NCBI GenBank assembly: GCA_965222315.1
Contig: OZ244951.1
Location: 3,491,198 to 3,555,197, forward strand
From: Alphaproteobacteria bacterium
GTDB lineage: Bacteria; Pseudomonadota; Alphaproteobacteria; Bin95
Direction: 5' to 3'
DNA: 64,000 nt
Made by a program: the position numbers and the translations under genes. This document shows positions 30,553 through 40,792 of this stretch, piece by piece (the stretch's first letter is position 1; each line of letters opens with the position of its first letter). The notes below the pieces were generated by a model that had not been told where the DNA came from, did not search any database, and worked only from the letters and a program-made list of their open reading frames with translations.

Positions 30553-30647
30553 CATGGTACCCTTTTCAAAGCTACGAAGAGTTTTTGAACAGGGGTTCTC
30601 TATGAGTAAAATCCCCAGTTATCTCCATGAGAGGCCGGAGGAAACGC

Positions 30648-31151
30648 TCAGACGTGAGTTTCTGAAGGTGCTTGCTTTTCCTTTAAACTTTTTTTCTCCG
30701 CATCCATTTCAAGCAGGTATGGAGCCACAAAACCAGAGTAGCAGTCCTTGCGGGTCTGCGGCAGATCCCGCCAGCCAGTTATAGAGCCTCGGCACGCTTT
30801 TTCTCCGCATGTGCAGTTCCCAGGGAAATGGTCGATCCGGTAGTTGCGCATCGCATAGTCGAACGTGGCTTCCTCATTCGCCTTGATATGGCGCATCGCA
30901 ACGAAATCGTGCCCGCCATGAACGTTCAGTTTAATTCCGCAGTTGGGCTCGCAGGAATGGTTGAACTTGCTGATAAGGCCAGCATGCAATGCATACTCAT
31001 TCTCGCCGGTTTGTGAGGCGTGCGAATGATTTTTAGAGAGCCGCTTTTCAATGCGGCCCACCAACAGAGTTTCTCCAGCCGCAAATGGCTTTGTCGTGAA
31101 TATTCCATCGCCTTTCGTGGCGGTCGTGCGTAATTCTATGCCGTGCGTCAT
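30648..31151 (-). CDS. SET-domain protein (putative protein lysine methyltransferase)
   Basis: NHSCEPNC and FDY SET signatures. ATG at 31151 is preceded by AGGAAG; an alternative in-frame ATG lies at 31178. 168 aa from the 31151 start. Confidence 0.75.
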   Translation of the reverse strand: MTHGIELRTTATKGDGIFTTKPFAAGETLLVGRIEKRLSKNHSHASQTGENEYALHAGLISKFNHSCEPNCGIKLNVHGGHDFVAMRHIKANEEATFDYAMRNYRIDHFPGNCTCGEKACRGSITGWRDLPQTRKDCYSGFVAPYLLEMDAEKKSLKEKQAPSETHV

Positions 31152-31207
31152 GGGTTCTTCCTTGTGAAATTCGGTCATGTGCGAATAGCGATTGCAGTGG
31201 TCGCGTT

Positions 31208-32528
31208 GGTGGCGTCCAGAGTCTTTCGCACTTTTGTTCAAGCGACGGCGGCTCCCTGGTGATTGTTTCGCGCCTCATGCAACGGCGCCATGTTCATGTA
31301 TTTGCGGGTCGACCACTGTGTGCCAGCGATGTGTCGTAATCTGGCCGCCGCTAGGTTCAGACAGGATTGACCATCCGGGAACGCACCGACGACCCGTGTC
31401 CGGCGCCGGATCTCCCGCATGATCCGCTCCAGCGGATTGTTGGTCCGCAGCTTGATCCAGTGGCTGTCAGGGAAAGCGTAATAGGTCAGGGTCTCGGATA
31501 CGTGGTCGTCGACGAGGTCCGCAGCGCGCGCCATACGCTGGCGGCGGAGCTCGTCGACGACAGCACCGGCCTTGGTTTCAGCTGCCGACCGGTTCTCCTG
31601 AGCATGGATCGCTTTCAGCATGTGGCTGACTTCCCGCACCTTCGCCGCCGGTATATGGCTGAAGACGTTGCGGTAAAAATGCACGACGCAGCGCTGCCAG
31701 CGGGCGTCCGGCAGGTATTCCTCGATGCTCTCCACCAGGCCGCGGCAGGCATCCGAGATGACCAGTTCCACGCCTTGCAGCCCTCGGTCCACCAGATGGC
31801 GCAGAAAGGCCGACCAGCCGGACTTGTCCTCTTTGGCGCCCTCGCAGATACCCAGGATTTCCCGGTAGCCCTCGGCATTCACCCCGATGGCTACCAAGAG
31901 CGAGACATTGCGGACCTCGCCTGCCCAGGTGCGCTTCATGACGATCCCGTCCAGGAAAACATAGGGATGTTCGCCCTCGATCGGCTTGTTCCGCCAGGCC
32001 TCGATCTTGGCGTAAATCTTCTTGTTCAGGTTCGAAACTGTGCTCGGGCTGACCCGTGTACCCCACAGCGCCTCGGTGATGTCCTCGACCCGCCGGACCG
32101 AGCCCCCGGCCAGGTACATCTCAATCAAGGCCTCTACGACCGAGCTTTCCCGCCGCCGGTAGCGCTCGATAATCGCGGTCTCGAAGGTCTGCCGGCGCAG
32201 CTTTGGCACCTGCAACTGCACTTTGCCGGCCTTCGTTTCCAGAGAACGCTCATAATGGCCGGCGCGCCTGTCCATGCGGCCCTCGCTCCGTTCATACCGG
32301 CCCGCGCCGCACAACTGATCCGCCTCGGCGTCCAGCATGGCGTTCAGGGCTTCTTCGACCGTGCCCCGCACCATCTCGCCCAGGTGGTCTCGGATGCGGG
32401 CTTCATCGATTTGGATAACCTGGCCCATCGGTTTCTGTTCTGTCTTGTCGTCCATTTCCGGTCCCTCTCAGTCAGTCTGATCGGAACCGCCGCGCTCGGC
32501 AAATGTGCGAAAGATTGTGTACGTTATC
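31208..32528 (-). mobile_element. IS256-family insertion sequence (1321 bp) with imperfect terminal IRs and an 8-bp target-site duplication
   Basis: Left end GGTGGCGTCCAGAGTCTTTCGCACTTTTG... The right end, reverse-complemented, is GATAACGTACACAATCTTTCGCACATTTG... Direct repeat GTCGCGTT at 31200-31207 and 32529-32536. Confidence 0.85.
31238..32455 (-). CDS. IS256-family (mutator-type) transposase
   Basis: 405 aa. LVAIGVNAEGYREILGI, WQRCVVHFYRNV, RTNNPLERIMREIRRRTRVVGAFP motifs. Confidence 0.9.
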   Translation of the reverse strand: MDDKTEQKPMGQVIQIDEARIRDHLGEMVRGTVEEALNAMLDAEADQLCGAGRYERSEGRMDRRAGHYERSLETKAGKVQLQVPKLRRQTFETAIIERYRRRESSVVEALIEMYLAGGSVRRVEDITEALWGTRVSPSTVSNLNKKIYAKIEAWRNKPIEGEHPYVFLDGIVMKRTWAGEVRNVSLLVAIGVNAEGYREILGICEGAKEDKSGWSAFLRHLVDRGLQGVELVISDACRGLVESIEEYLPDARWQRCVVHFYRNVFSHIPAAKVREVSHMLKAIHAQENRSAAETKAGAVVDELRRQRMARAADLVDDHVSETLTYYAFPDSHWIKLRTNNPLERIMREIRRRTRVVGAFPDGQSCLNLAAARLRHIAGTQWSTRKYMNMAPLHEARNNHQGAAVA

Positions 32529-32545
32529 GTCGCGTTTGATATTGC

Positions 32546-32767
32546 CTAAAAAGGAATGAGCCTATGGTAGGTAAAGGTTAGAAAGCAAACGAGTGTCAGA
32601 ACTGGGAATGTCAGCAGCATATGGCTGGAAATGGGCGGTGTTTGAGGGGCGTCCTGTACCGGCAATCCACGTTGGCGAGGTTGTTTCAGCGCGGACGTTT
32701 CAAAACATTTTAGGATGGGTGAATACGCCGTTTCCTGGTCAAAATGCATCGTGTTCCAGCCCTTCAT
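32546..32767 (-). CDS. Hypothetical small protein (73 aa), doubtful
   Basis: Overlaps the upstream ORF stop by ATGA. The hydrophobic C-terminus is not clearly protein-like. Confidence 0.2.
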   Translation of the reverse strand: MKGWNTMHFDQETAYSPILKCFETSALKQPRQRGLPVQDAPQTPPISSHMLLTFPVLTLVCFLTFTYHRLIPF

Positions 32768-32958
32768 GACGGGCTTGCACTGATGTTATCACCTGATGTG
32801 CGTTTCGCTTGGGCGATAGCATCAGTGAGATTGGAGTAGCGGAACTCTCCCACGTGGAATGTATCGACAGTGACGTGCTGAATACCTAATTGCTCCATTT
32901 CAGTCCTCTGTTGTTCTGAAAAGACGGTGGCCTCAATACTCTTGCTGGTATCGGTCAT
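32764..32958 (-). CDS. Hypothetical small protein (64 aa)
   Basis: ORF MTDTSKSIEATVFSEQQRTEMEQLGIQHVTVDTFHVGEFRY.... No recognisable motif. Confidence 0.3.
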   Translation of the reverse strand: MTDTSKSIEATVFSEQQRTEMEQLGIQHVTVDTFHVGEFRYSNLTDAIAQAKRTSGDNISASPS

Positions 32959-32997
32959 AGTATACTTCCCTGATTTTGGTGAAATTTGGTATTGTTA

Positions 32998-33309
32998 TTA
33001 CCCCTTGATGCGGCCCATCGATTTTGCCGAACGGTTTTCCAATGGGCGTCCAGCTTGGCTGTCCCGCTCAAGGGCTGCTTCCAAACGGCCAGCAGCGATT
33101 ACGAGCGTCTGTTTAACACCCGGGTGGCCCTGAACCGGCTTTAGGTGCAGGTAGGTTTGAACCTTTCGGTATGCGGTGAAAGATATTCCCTCTATCAACT
33201 CCTCGTCGGTCTCAATGTCGTAGTTTCCGGCGGGGAATAATGTGTCTGGTGCATCACAATAGAACGGATGGTTAAAATGAACGATTCTTTTTGTTTTGCG
33301 CATTGTCAT
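32998..33309 (-). CDS. Hypothetical protein (103 aa)
   Basis: ORF with lower-GC codon usage, first of three co-directional small ORFs. No recognisable motif. Confidence 0.35.
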   Translation of the reverse strand: MTMRKTKRIVHFNHPFYCDAPDTLFPAGNYDIETDEELIEGISFTAYRKVQTYLHLKPVQGHPGVKQTLVIAAGRLEAALERDSQAGRPLENRSAKSMGRIKG

Positions 33310-33882
33310 TGTGAATCCTCGCCATGTTGTTTGCTAGCTGCACTCAAAGGCAGCAGAGGAAAATTTTTTACTATGTCATAATTAGCAAGGCCGATCTGAT
33401 AGGCTTTGAGTTTGTCGGATCGCGTTCTACTCACTCACCTAAGGTAGGAATCACTAAAGTGGTATTGTTCGGCTGGACAATAGAATTGGGTATCGGCCGG
33501 ATGGAAAATTTATACTCATTTCCGAATACAGTTTTTCTGATGCCATTTTAAATGGCAGTTTTAGCACTTTTTACCCATCAAGATAACAGTCTCTGTTATT
33601 TAAATGGGGTCTATCAATAAAATCCCAAGAAATATTTTTCTTGGGATTTTCTTATTCTAATTTATCATGAATTCATTGTGACCGCCCGGTAAAGCCACTC
33701 TGGAGGCCACACAGGCTGATCAGTTACGCTGCTCCCACAGCGTAACACCAGGGCAGGAATTCGTCGATCTGGTTAATCTAGTGATCGGCGCCTAGCGGCG
33801 CTGAATCTAGCGCGAAATCGGAGGCCTGATGGCTGCTGATTGGTTGCTAGGAAAAACTAAGGGCTCAGGCTAACTTGCCTAA

Positions 33883-34778
33883 GAGCGTGTTTGAGAAGGG
33901 GATTCCATCGGGGCAAATCACGTGATTCATGGGTTGTTGGCCTTGCCCTTATGAGATCCGACGCCGATGCCCCGATCCAAACGACGCAAGCGTTACCCGA
34001 CCGATCTTACGGACAACCAATGGGTTATTCTTGAGCCGTTGATCCCCGACGCCAAACCCGGTGGGCGGCCTCGGAAAGCCGAGAAGCGCCGGATCGTTGA
34101 GGCCATCCTCTATCAACTCCGCGCCGGTTCGGCGTGGCGGTTGCTGCCGCACGATTTCCCGCCCTGGCAGACAGTCTACTACTATCTGCGCCGCTGGCAG
34201 GCCGAGGGTGTTTGGGCAACGGTTAACCATACCCTTCTGATGGCCGACCGGGAGCGGACCGGGAGGGAAGCCTCTCCCAGCGCCGCCATCATCGACAGCC
34301 AGTCGATCCGCAGCGCGGATCAAAAAGGGGATTCAAAGGCTTCGATGCGGGCAAGAAAATCCATGGCCGCAAGCGGCACATCCTGACCGATACCGACGGG
34401 CGTCTCTTGCAGGTCGAAGTGCACGGCGCCGACGTGCAGGACCGGGATGGCACAAAGGGCCTGCTGCTGCGCTCGCCCAGGCTCTACCCCTTCGTCGAGC
34501 GGGTCTTTGCCGACGGCGGCTATGCCGGGAAACTGGTGAACTGGGCCAAGGACGAAGCCAACCTTGCGCTGGAAATCGTCCGCCGCATGCCATGGGCCGA
34601 AGGCTTCGTTGTCATCAAACGGCGCTGGGTCGTCGAGCGCACCTTTGCCTGGATCATGAAGTGCCGGAGGCTGGTCCGCGACTACGTACAACTCCCAGCC
34701 GTTGCTGAAACCCTGATACTCATTGCTGCCGCCACGACACTGCTCAGACACTGGCCGTGATGCTTCTCAAACGCACTC
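33883..34778 (+). mobile_element. IS5-family insertion sequence (IS427/IS1031-like, 896 bp) with 16-bp IRs and a TAA target duplication
   Basis: IRL GAGCGTGTTTGAGAAG (33883-33898). IRR, reverse-complemented, GAGTGCGTTTGAGAAG (34763-34778). TAA at 33880-33882 and 34779-34781. Confidence 0.8.
33967..34760 (+). CDS. IS5-family transposase, orfA-orfB joined by a programmed -1 frameshift
   Basis: orfA MPRSKRRKRYPTDLTDNQWVILEPLIP...GGRPRKAEKRR...GSAWRLLPHDFPPWQTVYYYLRRW. orfB frame reads GFDAGKKIHGRKRHILTDTDGRLL...GGYAG.... The slippery run caaaaagggg lies at 34321-34330. orfA stops at 34384-34386. Confidence 0.8.
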
Positions 34779-35284
34779 TAACGCTTGCGGGGCATTGGAT
34801 ATTTCATCTGATCTTCTATTCCCCGCCATAGAAATTCCTCGCCAGGTGGTGCTCCGCGAGTTTCCTGGATCGCCTGCTCCTCGATTTGAGCCATCGCTAA
34901 GTCCGCCTCTGCGGCGAAGGCCAATTCTTGCTCGATCAATTCCATCAATTGGAACCCAGCGATTCGGTTGCTCACCTGTAAACTCCTTTTCCTTAGGGCT
35001 TAAAATTGCAAGCCGATTTAGGATGGCGTCCTCGCGGTGAACGCGATCCTCAAGTCAGGGTAAATCACGCCGCAAGGGTCCATATCGACAGATTGAAGGC
35101 CCTGGCATGGGCAATCGGCGGCGAGATTTCGTTCAGCAAGTTGGGGAGTTCAATGCTTGCGCCAAATCGCTCCGCCAGCACGCTCTTCCGATAAGTACCG
35201 AACCGTTCGAATTTTTCGCAGGCCACACGCACACGGTCAAAGGGATATTCATGAAGCTGCATGGCTTTCGTTTGATGGCCTTGG

Positions 35285-35473
35285 TCATTGCATTCCAGGC
35301 TTGACCCATATTTCGACCTCCGCTTGCAACTTCCGTTCTTTTGGCGGGGTAGTCCAACCCAAGTTCTGATAAATGCCGACGACGGTTTCACCGGCATCTG
35401 TCGTCCATTCGACATGGAGGATATCACCATCGGCATCACCGCCGAGAATTTTGGCATCCCTATTTTTCAACAT
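35285..35473 (-). CDS. Hypothetical small protein (62 aa)
   Basis: ATG at 35473 after GGAGAAA. MLKNRDAKILGGDADGDILHVEWTTDAGETVVGIYQNLGW.... No recognisable family. Confidence 0.3.
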   Translation of the reverse strand: MLKNRDAKILGGDADGDILHVEWTTDAGETVVGIYQNLGWTTPPKERKLQAEVEIWVKPGMQ

Positions 35474-35747
35474 ACTTTCTCCGCCCATCGAGCAAGCGTT
35501 ACAGAACAAACCCAATGTTTATTTCGTGGATCGACCTCTAATACGGGCGAAGTTCGGCTGTGGATGGTCCTAGCAATCAGATAGCGCAGCAATGCGCCGG
35601 CGACGCCCGGCTGGCGTGTGTGCCGCTTCCACGGAGCACCGAGGGGGGGGGGCAAGGGGCAAGAAGCATTGGGTCTACAAGACGGGAACTTATAAATTGG
35701 ATGCTAAGATAGAATGGGGACAGGGCCGAATTTTATTGCACGAAACG

Positions 35748-36293
35748 CTAGTATTTTTTCTTAGCCACCACAAAAATAGTAAATACACTTAAAAGAAGAT
35801 ATAACGTTGGAGCTATTGATATATTTGATATTTGAGTATACACTTCACCATCTATCACTTGCAAAAGATTGCTACTATTTCCTGGTGGGCCTCCCCATAT
35901 CCCGAAGAGTTCAAATGGATCGTATATTGCTATCGACCCGCCTAAATTCGTTAGGGGGGCACCAATCGCAATTTCCATTAAACTGACATTGAAATCGTGA
36001 AATGCGAAATGCCTAGTTTCATTTGACGGAGCGGTTACTCCTGTGACTGGATCGTAAAAAGTACCGCTCCGATTGAAGGCAGAATAAAACGTTGGTGTTC
36101 CATCCCATGCAGGACCTTCAATTGCAACATTCGAAAAAGTAGTTGTATCTTCATCAAAGACAAATGACCCGGTGGCGACACTTCCATCTATGAAAACGAA
36201 GTTCACGTTCCATTTTATTGGTAAAGCTGATGCTGACGTTAAGGGAACGTATAGCAACGTTAGATAGGTCATCAAACGGAGGAATATTGTCAT
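35748..36293 (-). CDS. AT-rich gene for a secreted protein with a C-terminal membrane-anchor/sorting-signal-like tail
   Basis: Strong RBS AAGGAG. Signal peptide MTIFLRLMTYLTLLYVPLTSASA|LP. C-terminus ...SIAPTLYLLLSVFTIFVVAKKKY (short motif, TM helix, basic tail). GC well below the window average. Confidence 0.55.
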   Translation of the reverse strand: MTIFLRLMTYLTLLYVPLTSASALPIKWNVNFVFIDGSVATGSFVFDEDTTTFSNVAIEGPAWDGTPTFYSAFNRSGTFYDPVTGVTAPSNETRHFAFHDFNVSLMEIAIGAPLTNLGGSIAIYDPFELFGIWGGPPGNSSNLLQVIDGEVYTQISNISIAPTLYLLLSVFTIFVVAKKKY

Positions 36294-36397
36294 ACGATTC
36301 GCTCCTTGGGTCTAAATTTTGAACCACTGTTGGTTGCTAGCTGGTTGCTAAGAAAACCAAAGGCTCTACCGATTTCAATCAAACTATTTGAAAAAAA

Positions 36398-36474
<77 letters not shown>

Positions 36475-36719
36475 TTGGTCCACGGCGAGCAGCAGGGCAT
36501 CGCCGTGGAGCGGCTGCATGTAGCCGACCAACGCATCTTTGACAAGGCAAAACCGCGAGAAAATCGAAAATCCGCGGGAATGCTCCAACGCCGCCGTTCG
36601 AATGCCCTGCCTCGACCGGGGCTCGACCTCTATTGCCGGTGCGTGTAGCTTCTCCCGCACCTCACCCATCGACCGCTCCGGTGGCTCGACTATTTCCGCT
36701 GCGGGAGTTTTCAGCATCC

Positions 36720-37178
36720 ATGGCCACGGCACCTGCTCATTCGTTTCCCGTGTCTTGGGACGAACTCCACCGGGATACCCGGGCGCTCGCCTGGCGCCTG
36801 GCCGGCATGCAATTCGAAAAAATCGTCGGGATAGCGCGGGGTGGCCTCGTGCCGGCGGCGATCGTCGCCCGTGAACTGAACATCCGCAATGTCGATAACG
36901 TCTCTATCGCCAGCTATGAGGGCAAAGTGCAAGGTCAACCGAGGGTTATCAAAGGCCCGGAAGGCGACGGCACCGGTGTGCTGGTCGTCGATGACCTGAC
37001 CGACACCGGCGTTACCGCCCGGCTCGTTCGCCAATTGCTGCCAAAAGCCCACATCGCAACCGTCTATGCCAAGCCGGCGGGCCGCGACGACGTGGACACC
37101 TTCGTCACCATGGTCAGCCAGGATACCTGGATTGTGTTCCCGTGGGACCAGGGGGAGCCCGTCCGGCATAGCGGATAG
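36720..37178 (+). CDS. gpt: Xanthine-guanine phosphoribosyltransferase
   Basis: 152 aa. PRTase motif [15 protein letters not shown]-terminus [24 protein letters not shown] typical of Gpt. Confidence 0.8.
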   Translation: MATAPAHSFPVSWDELHRDTRALAWRLAGMQFEKIVGIARGGLVPAAIVARELNIRNVDNVSIASYEGKVQGQPRVIKGPEGDGTGVLVVDDLTDTGVTARLVRQLLPKAHIATVYAKPAGRDDVDTFVTMVSQDTWIVFPWDQGEPVRHSG

Positions 37179-37213
37179 GCTCCCGTCTGCGCCTGGCCGT
37201 GCGGCAGGCGGAT

Positions 37214-37762
37214 TTAGGGGTCCAGGCCTTTAACCCCTTCAGGCAGTTCCACCTGGAAGGTGTTCAGTGTCATGGAAACGATTGTGTAGTAGCCGCTGAT
37301 CCCGATCAGATCGACGACCCCCTGCTCCCCGAACTGCTCCAGCGCCCGCTGGTAGCTTTCGTCGCTTACAGCCTTGTCGTGATGCAGTTCCGTACAGAAA
37401 TCATAAAGGGCGGCCTCGTCCGGCTGCATCGATGAGGGCCGCTTTTTGGCGGCGATCGCGTCGATGACCGCATCGGAGAGCCCGCCCTTCCGGGCGAGCG
37501 GCGCATGGGCATACCACTCGTACTGTGAAGTCCAGTAGCGGGCGCAGATGATAATCGCCATTTCCGCCAGCCGGGATTCCAGAGAGGTGTTGTAGCGGCA
37601 GTACTCGCCGAGCTTTTGCCCACGATCCGCCAGCTCCGGCGAGCGAATCCAGGCAGGAAACGGCCCACGGATGCCGCCGCGGGGGCCAGATTTGATGGCG
37701 TCCAACACCTCCTGCTGGCGTCCAGTCAGTGTCAGCGATTCCAACGGTTGCAAGCGCGCCAT
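37214..37762 (-). CDS. Carboxymuconolactone decarboxylase (CMD/AhpD-like) family protein
   Basis: ATG at 37762 after AAGGAG. 182 aa. CMD-like helical composition with a conserved Cys/His region. Confidence 0.7.
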   Translation of the reverse strand: MARLQPLESLTLTGRQQEVLDAIKSGPRGGIRGPFPAWIRSPELADRGQKLGEYCRYNTSLESRLAEMAIIICARYWTSQYEWYAHAPLARKGGLSDAVIDAIAAKKRPSSMQPDEAALYDFCTELHHDKAVSDESYQRALEQFGEQGVVDLIGISGYYTIVSMTLNTFQVELPEGVKGLDP

Positions 37763-38422
37763 GGCACTACTCCTTTTGCGATCTTGGTTTTTGATGGCCT
37801 TAACAGATAGTATAGAAACTAAGAGAGCAATCGTGCCGTTCGGTTTAACCAACGCGAAACTGCTTTGGCTCAATCAGCTCAGGAAAGCCAGCGAGCGGGC
37901 CGCTTCCGGTCAACCATGGCGGGATTGCTTGGAGTTTGGAGACAAGCCATGCGTCCAAAGCGATCAACAACGGTTCTTCAGCGGCTGACAGGGCAAGAAA
38001 TCGCCCTTGCGGCCGTCGCAGGCAGCATACTCTTATGGGCAGGTATCCTGCATTGGCTCCTGGCCTGACAGGCTCTCTCCACGGGCCAGCGATCCGCCAG
38101 TCTGACGCCTGTTGGCGCTGGCATTTGCGCGGATATTTGCGCCGGGCGCTGGCAAATCCTGCCGTTCGGCGAGTCCACCCTCTACTGGTATTCTTCAATA
38201 AGAACTTTTGCATCCGATGCACTTCTCCCGTGTTTCGCCGTTGCGCGGCTGTGCCGTTTCCTCTAGGAAAAATGCCTCAATTAAGGGGCGCGACGCTAAG
38301 AAACGCGCTTCTCCTCAGGATACGGCTTAATTTGGGAGGGTATTCCCCGTGAATGCGGTTGCTCAGGCGTATGCAATGCGCCAGGCCCTAGCGCGCGGCT
38401 CACGACCGAAGGGTGATTGCTG

Positions 38423-39186
38423 ATGGCACTCCTTGACGTCGAAAACGTGGTTGTCCGCTTCGGTGGCATCGTCGCCCTGGACGGTGTGACGTTTGATATA
38501 CCCGAAGGCCAGATTGTTGGCCTGATCGGCCCGAACGGCGCCGGTAAAACCACCCTCTTCAACTGTCTTTCCCGGCTCTACACCCCGAACGAGGGCGACG
38601 TGCGCTTCGAGGGCCAATCAATCCTGGGCCTTCCCGCCGAAAAGATCGCGGCGCTCGGCATTGGGCGGACGTTCCAGAATCTGGCCCTGTTCCCGACCCT
38701 GTCGGTGTTGAACAATGTCATGATCGGCGGTCACTGCCGCACGAAGAGCGATTTTATCTCCAACGCCTTCCGGCTGCCATGGGTTGGCCGGGAAGAAAAG
38801 GAACTGATGGCGCGGTCCATGGAACTCATTGAGTTCATGGAACTGACCGATGTGGTTAACACGCCGGTGGGTTCCCTGCCGTTCCCGTTTCAAAAACGGG
38901 TCGAGATGGCCCGAGCGCTGGCCAGCCAACCGAAAATCCTGCTGTTGGACGAACCGGCGGCCGGTCTGAACCACGAAGAACTTGACCATTTGCTGGAGCA
39001 GATCGAGGCGGTGCGCACCGAGCGCGGCATTACCGTCTTGTTGGTAGAGCACCACATGAGCCTGGTGATGCGCGCCTCCGACAAGGTCGTCGCCATCGAC
39101 TTCGGCCGCAAGATTGCCGACGGGACCCCGGCGGAAGTCCAACAGGACCCGAAAGTGATCGAAGCATATTTGGGGACGGCGGACTG

Positions 39187-39187
<1 letters not shown>
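38423..39187 (+). CDS. livG: Branched-chain amino acid ABC transporter ATP-binding protein (LivG-like)
   Basis: Walker [10 protein letters not shown], signature LSGGQ-like, Walker B LLLDEP. C-terminal extension typical of LivG. Confidence 0.85.
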
Positions 39188-39897
<710 letters not shown>

Positions 39898-39909
39898 AGG
39901 GCGGAGACT

Positions 39910-40785
39910 ATGGATTTATTCTTTCAGCTAACGCTGGCGGGGCTCGCCATCGGCTCGATTTATTCATGCGTGGCGCTCGCCGTGGTCATGATTTATCAGG
40001 CGACCGACCACTTTAATTTCGCCCAGGGCGAGATGGCGATGTTCTCAACGTTCATTGCCTGGACAATGCTGGGTTTCGGCCTGCCGGTTTGGCTCGCTGC
40101 GGTTTTGGCGGTGGCAGCCTCTTTTGTTGCCGGCATTATCATCGAACGCACGATCATCAAACCGGTTGAGAATGCCCCGGTTCTGAACCAGATCGTCGTA
40201 TTTATCGCCCTGCTGATGATCCTGAACAATGTTGCCGGTTGGGTTTGGGAATTCACCATCAAACCCTTCCCGAGCCTTTTTCCGGAAGATCTGGGCTTCA
40301 AATCCGACCTGATCGGCCCGCACAATCTCGGCGTCATCGCCCTGACGCTGCTGGTGCTGCTGTGTATCTTTCTGTTTTTCCGCTATACCCGCGTTGGCCT
40401 CGCCATGCGGGCGGCCGCGGCGAACCCGGACTCGGCCCGTTTGGTCGGCGTCTCGGTCGGCTGGATGCTGGCACTCGGCTGGGGCTTGGCAGCCGCCATC
40501 GGCGCCGTCGGCGGTATCTTGGTGGCGCCCATTGTTTACCTGGACCCGAACATGATGAGCGGCGTGCTGCTCTACGGTTTCGCCGGCGCGCTCCTGGGCG
40601 GGGTTTCCAGCCCCGGCGGCGCCGTGTTGGGCGGCCTGATCGTTGGTGTGCTGGAAAACTGGGTCGGTCAGTATGTGCCAGGTGGCGGAGAGCTCAAGCT
40701 GACATTCGCCTTGATCCTGATCATCGGCGTTCTGATGTTCAAGCCTACCGGGCTATTTGGCCTAACCGTTGTGAAGAGGGTTTAG
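39910..40785 (+). CDS. livH: Branched-chain amino acid ABC transporter permease (LivH-like)
   Basis: 291-aa polytopic permease of the LivH family. Confidence 0.85.
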   Translation: MDLFFQLTLAGLAIGSIYSCVALAVVMIYQATDHFNFAQGEMAMFSTFIAWTMLGFGLPVWLAAVLAVAASFVAGIIIERTIIKPVENAPVLNQIVVFIALLMILNNVAGWVWEFTIKPFPSLFPEDLGFKSDLIGPHNLGVIALTLLVLLCIFLFFRYTRVGLAMRAAAANPDSARLVGVSVGWMLALGWGLAAAIGAVGGILVAPIVYLDPNMMSGVLLYGFAGALLGGVSSPGGAVLGGLIVGVLENWVGQYVPGGGELKLTFALILIIGVLMFKPTGLFGLTVVKRV

Positions 40786-40792
40786 CCGAGCC

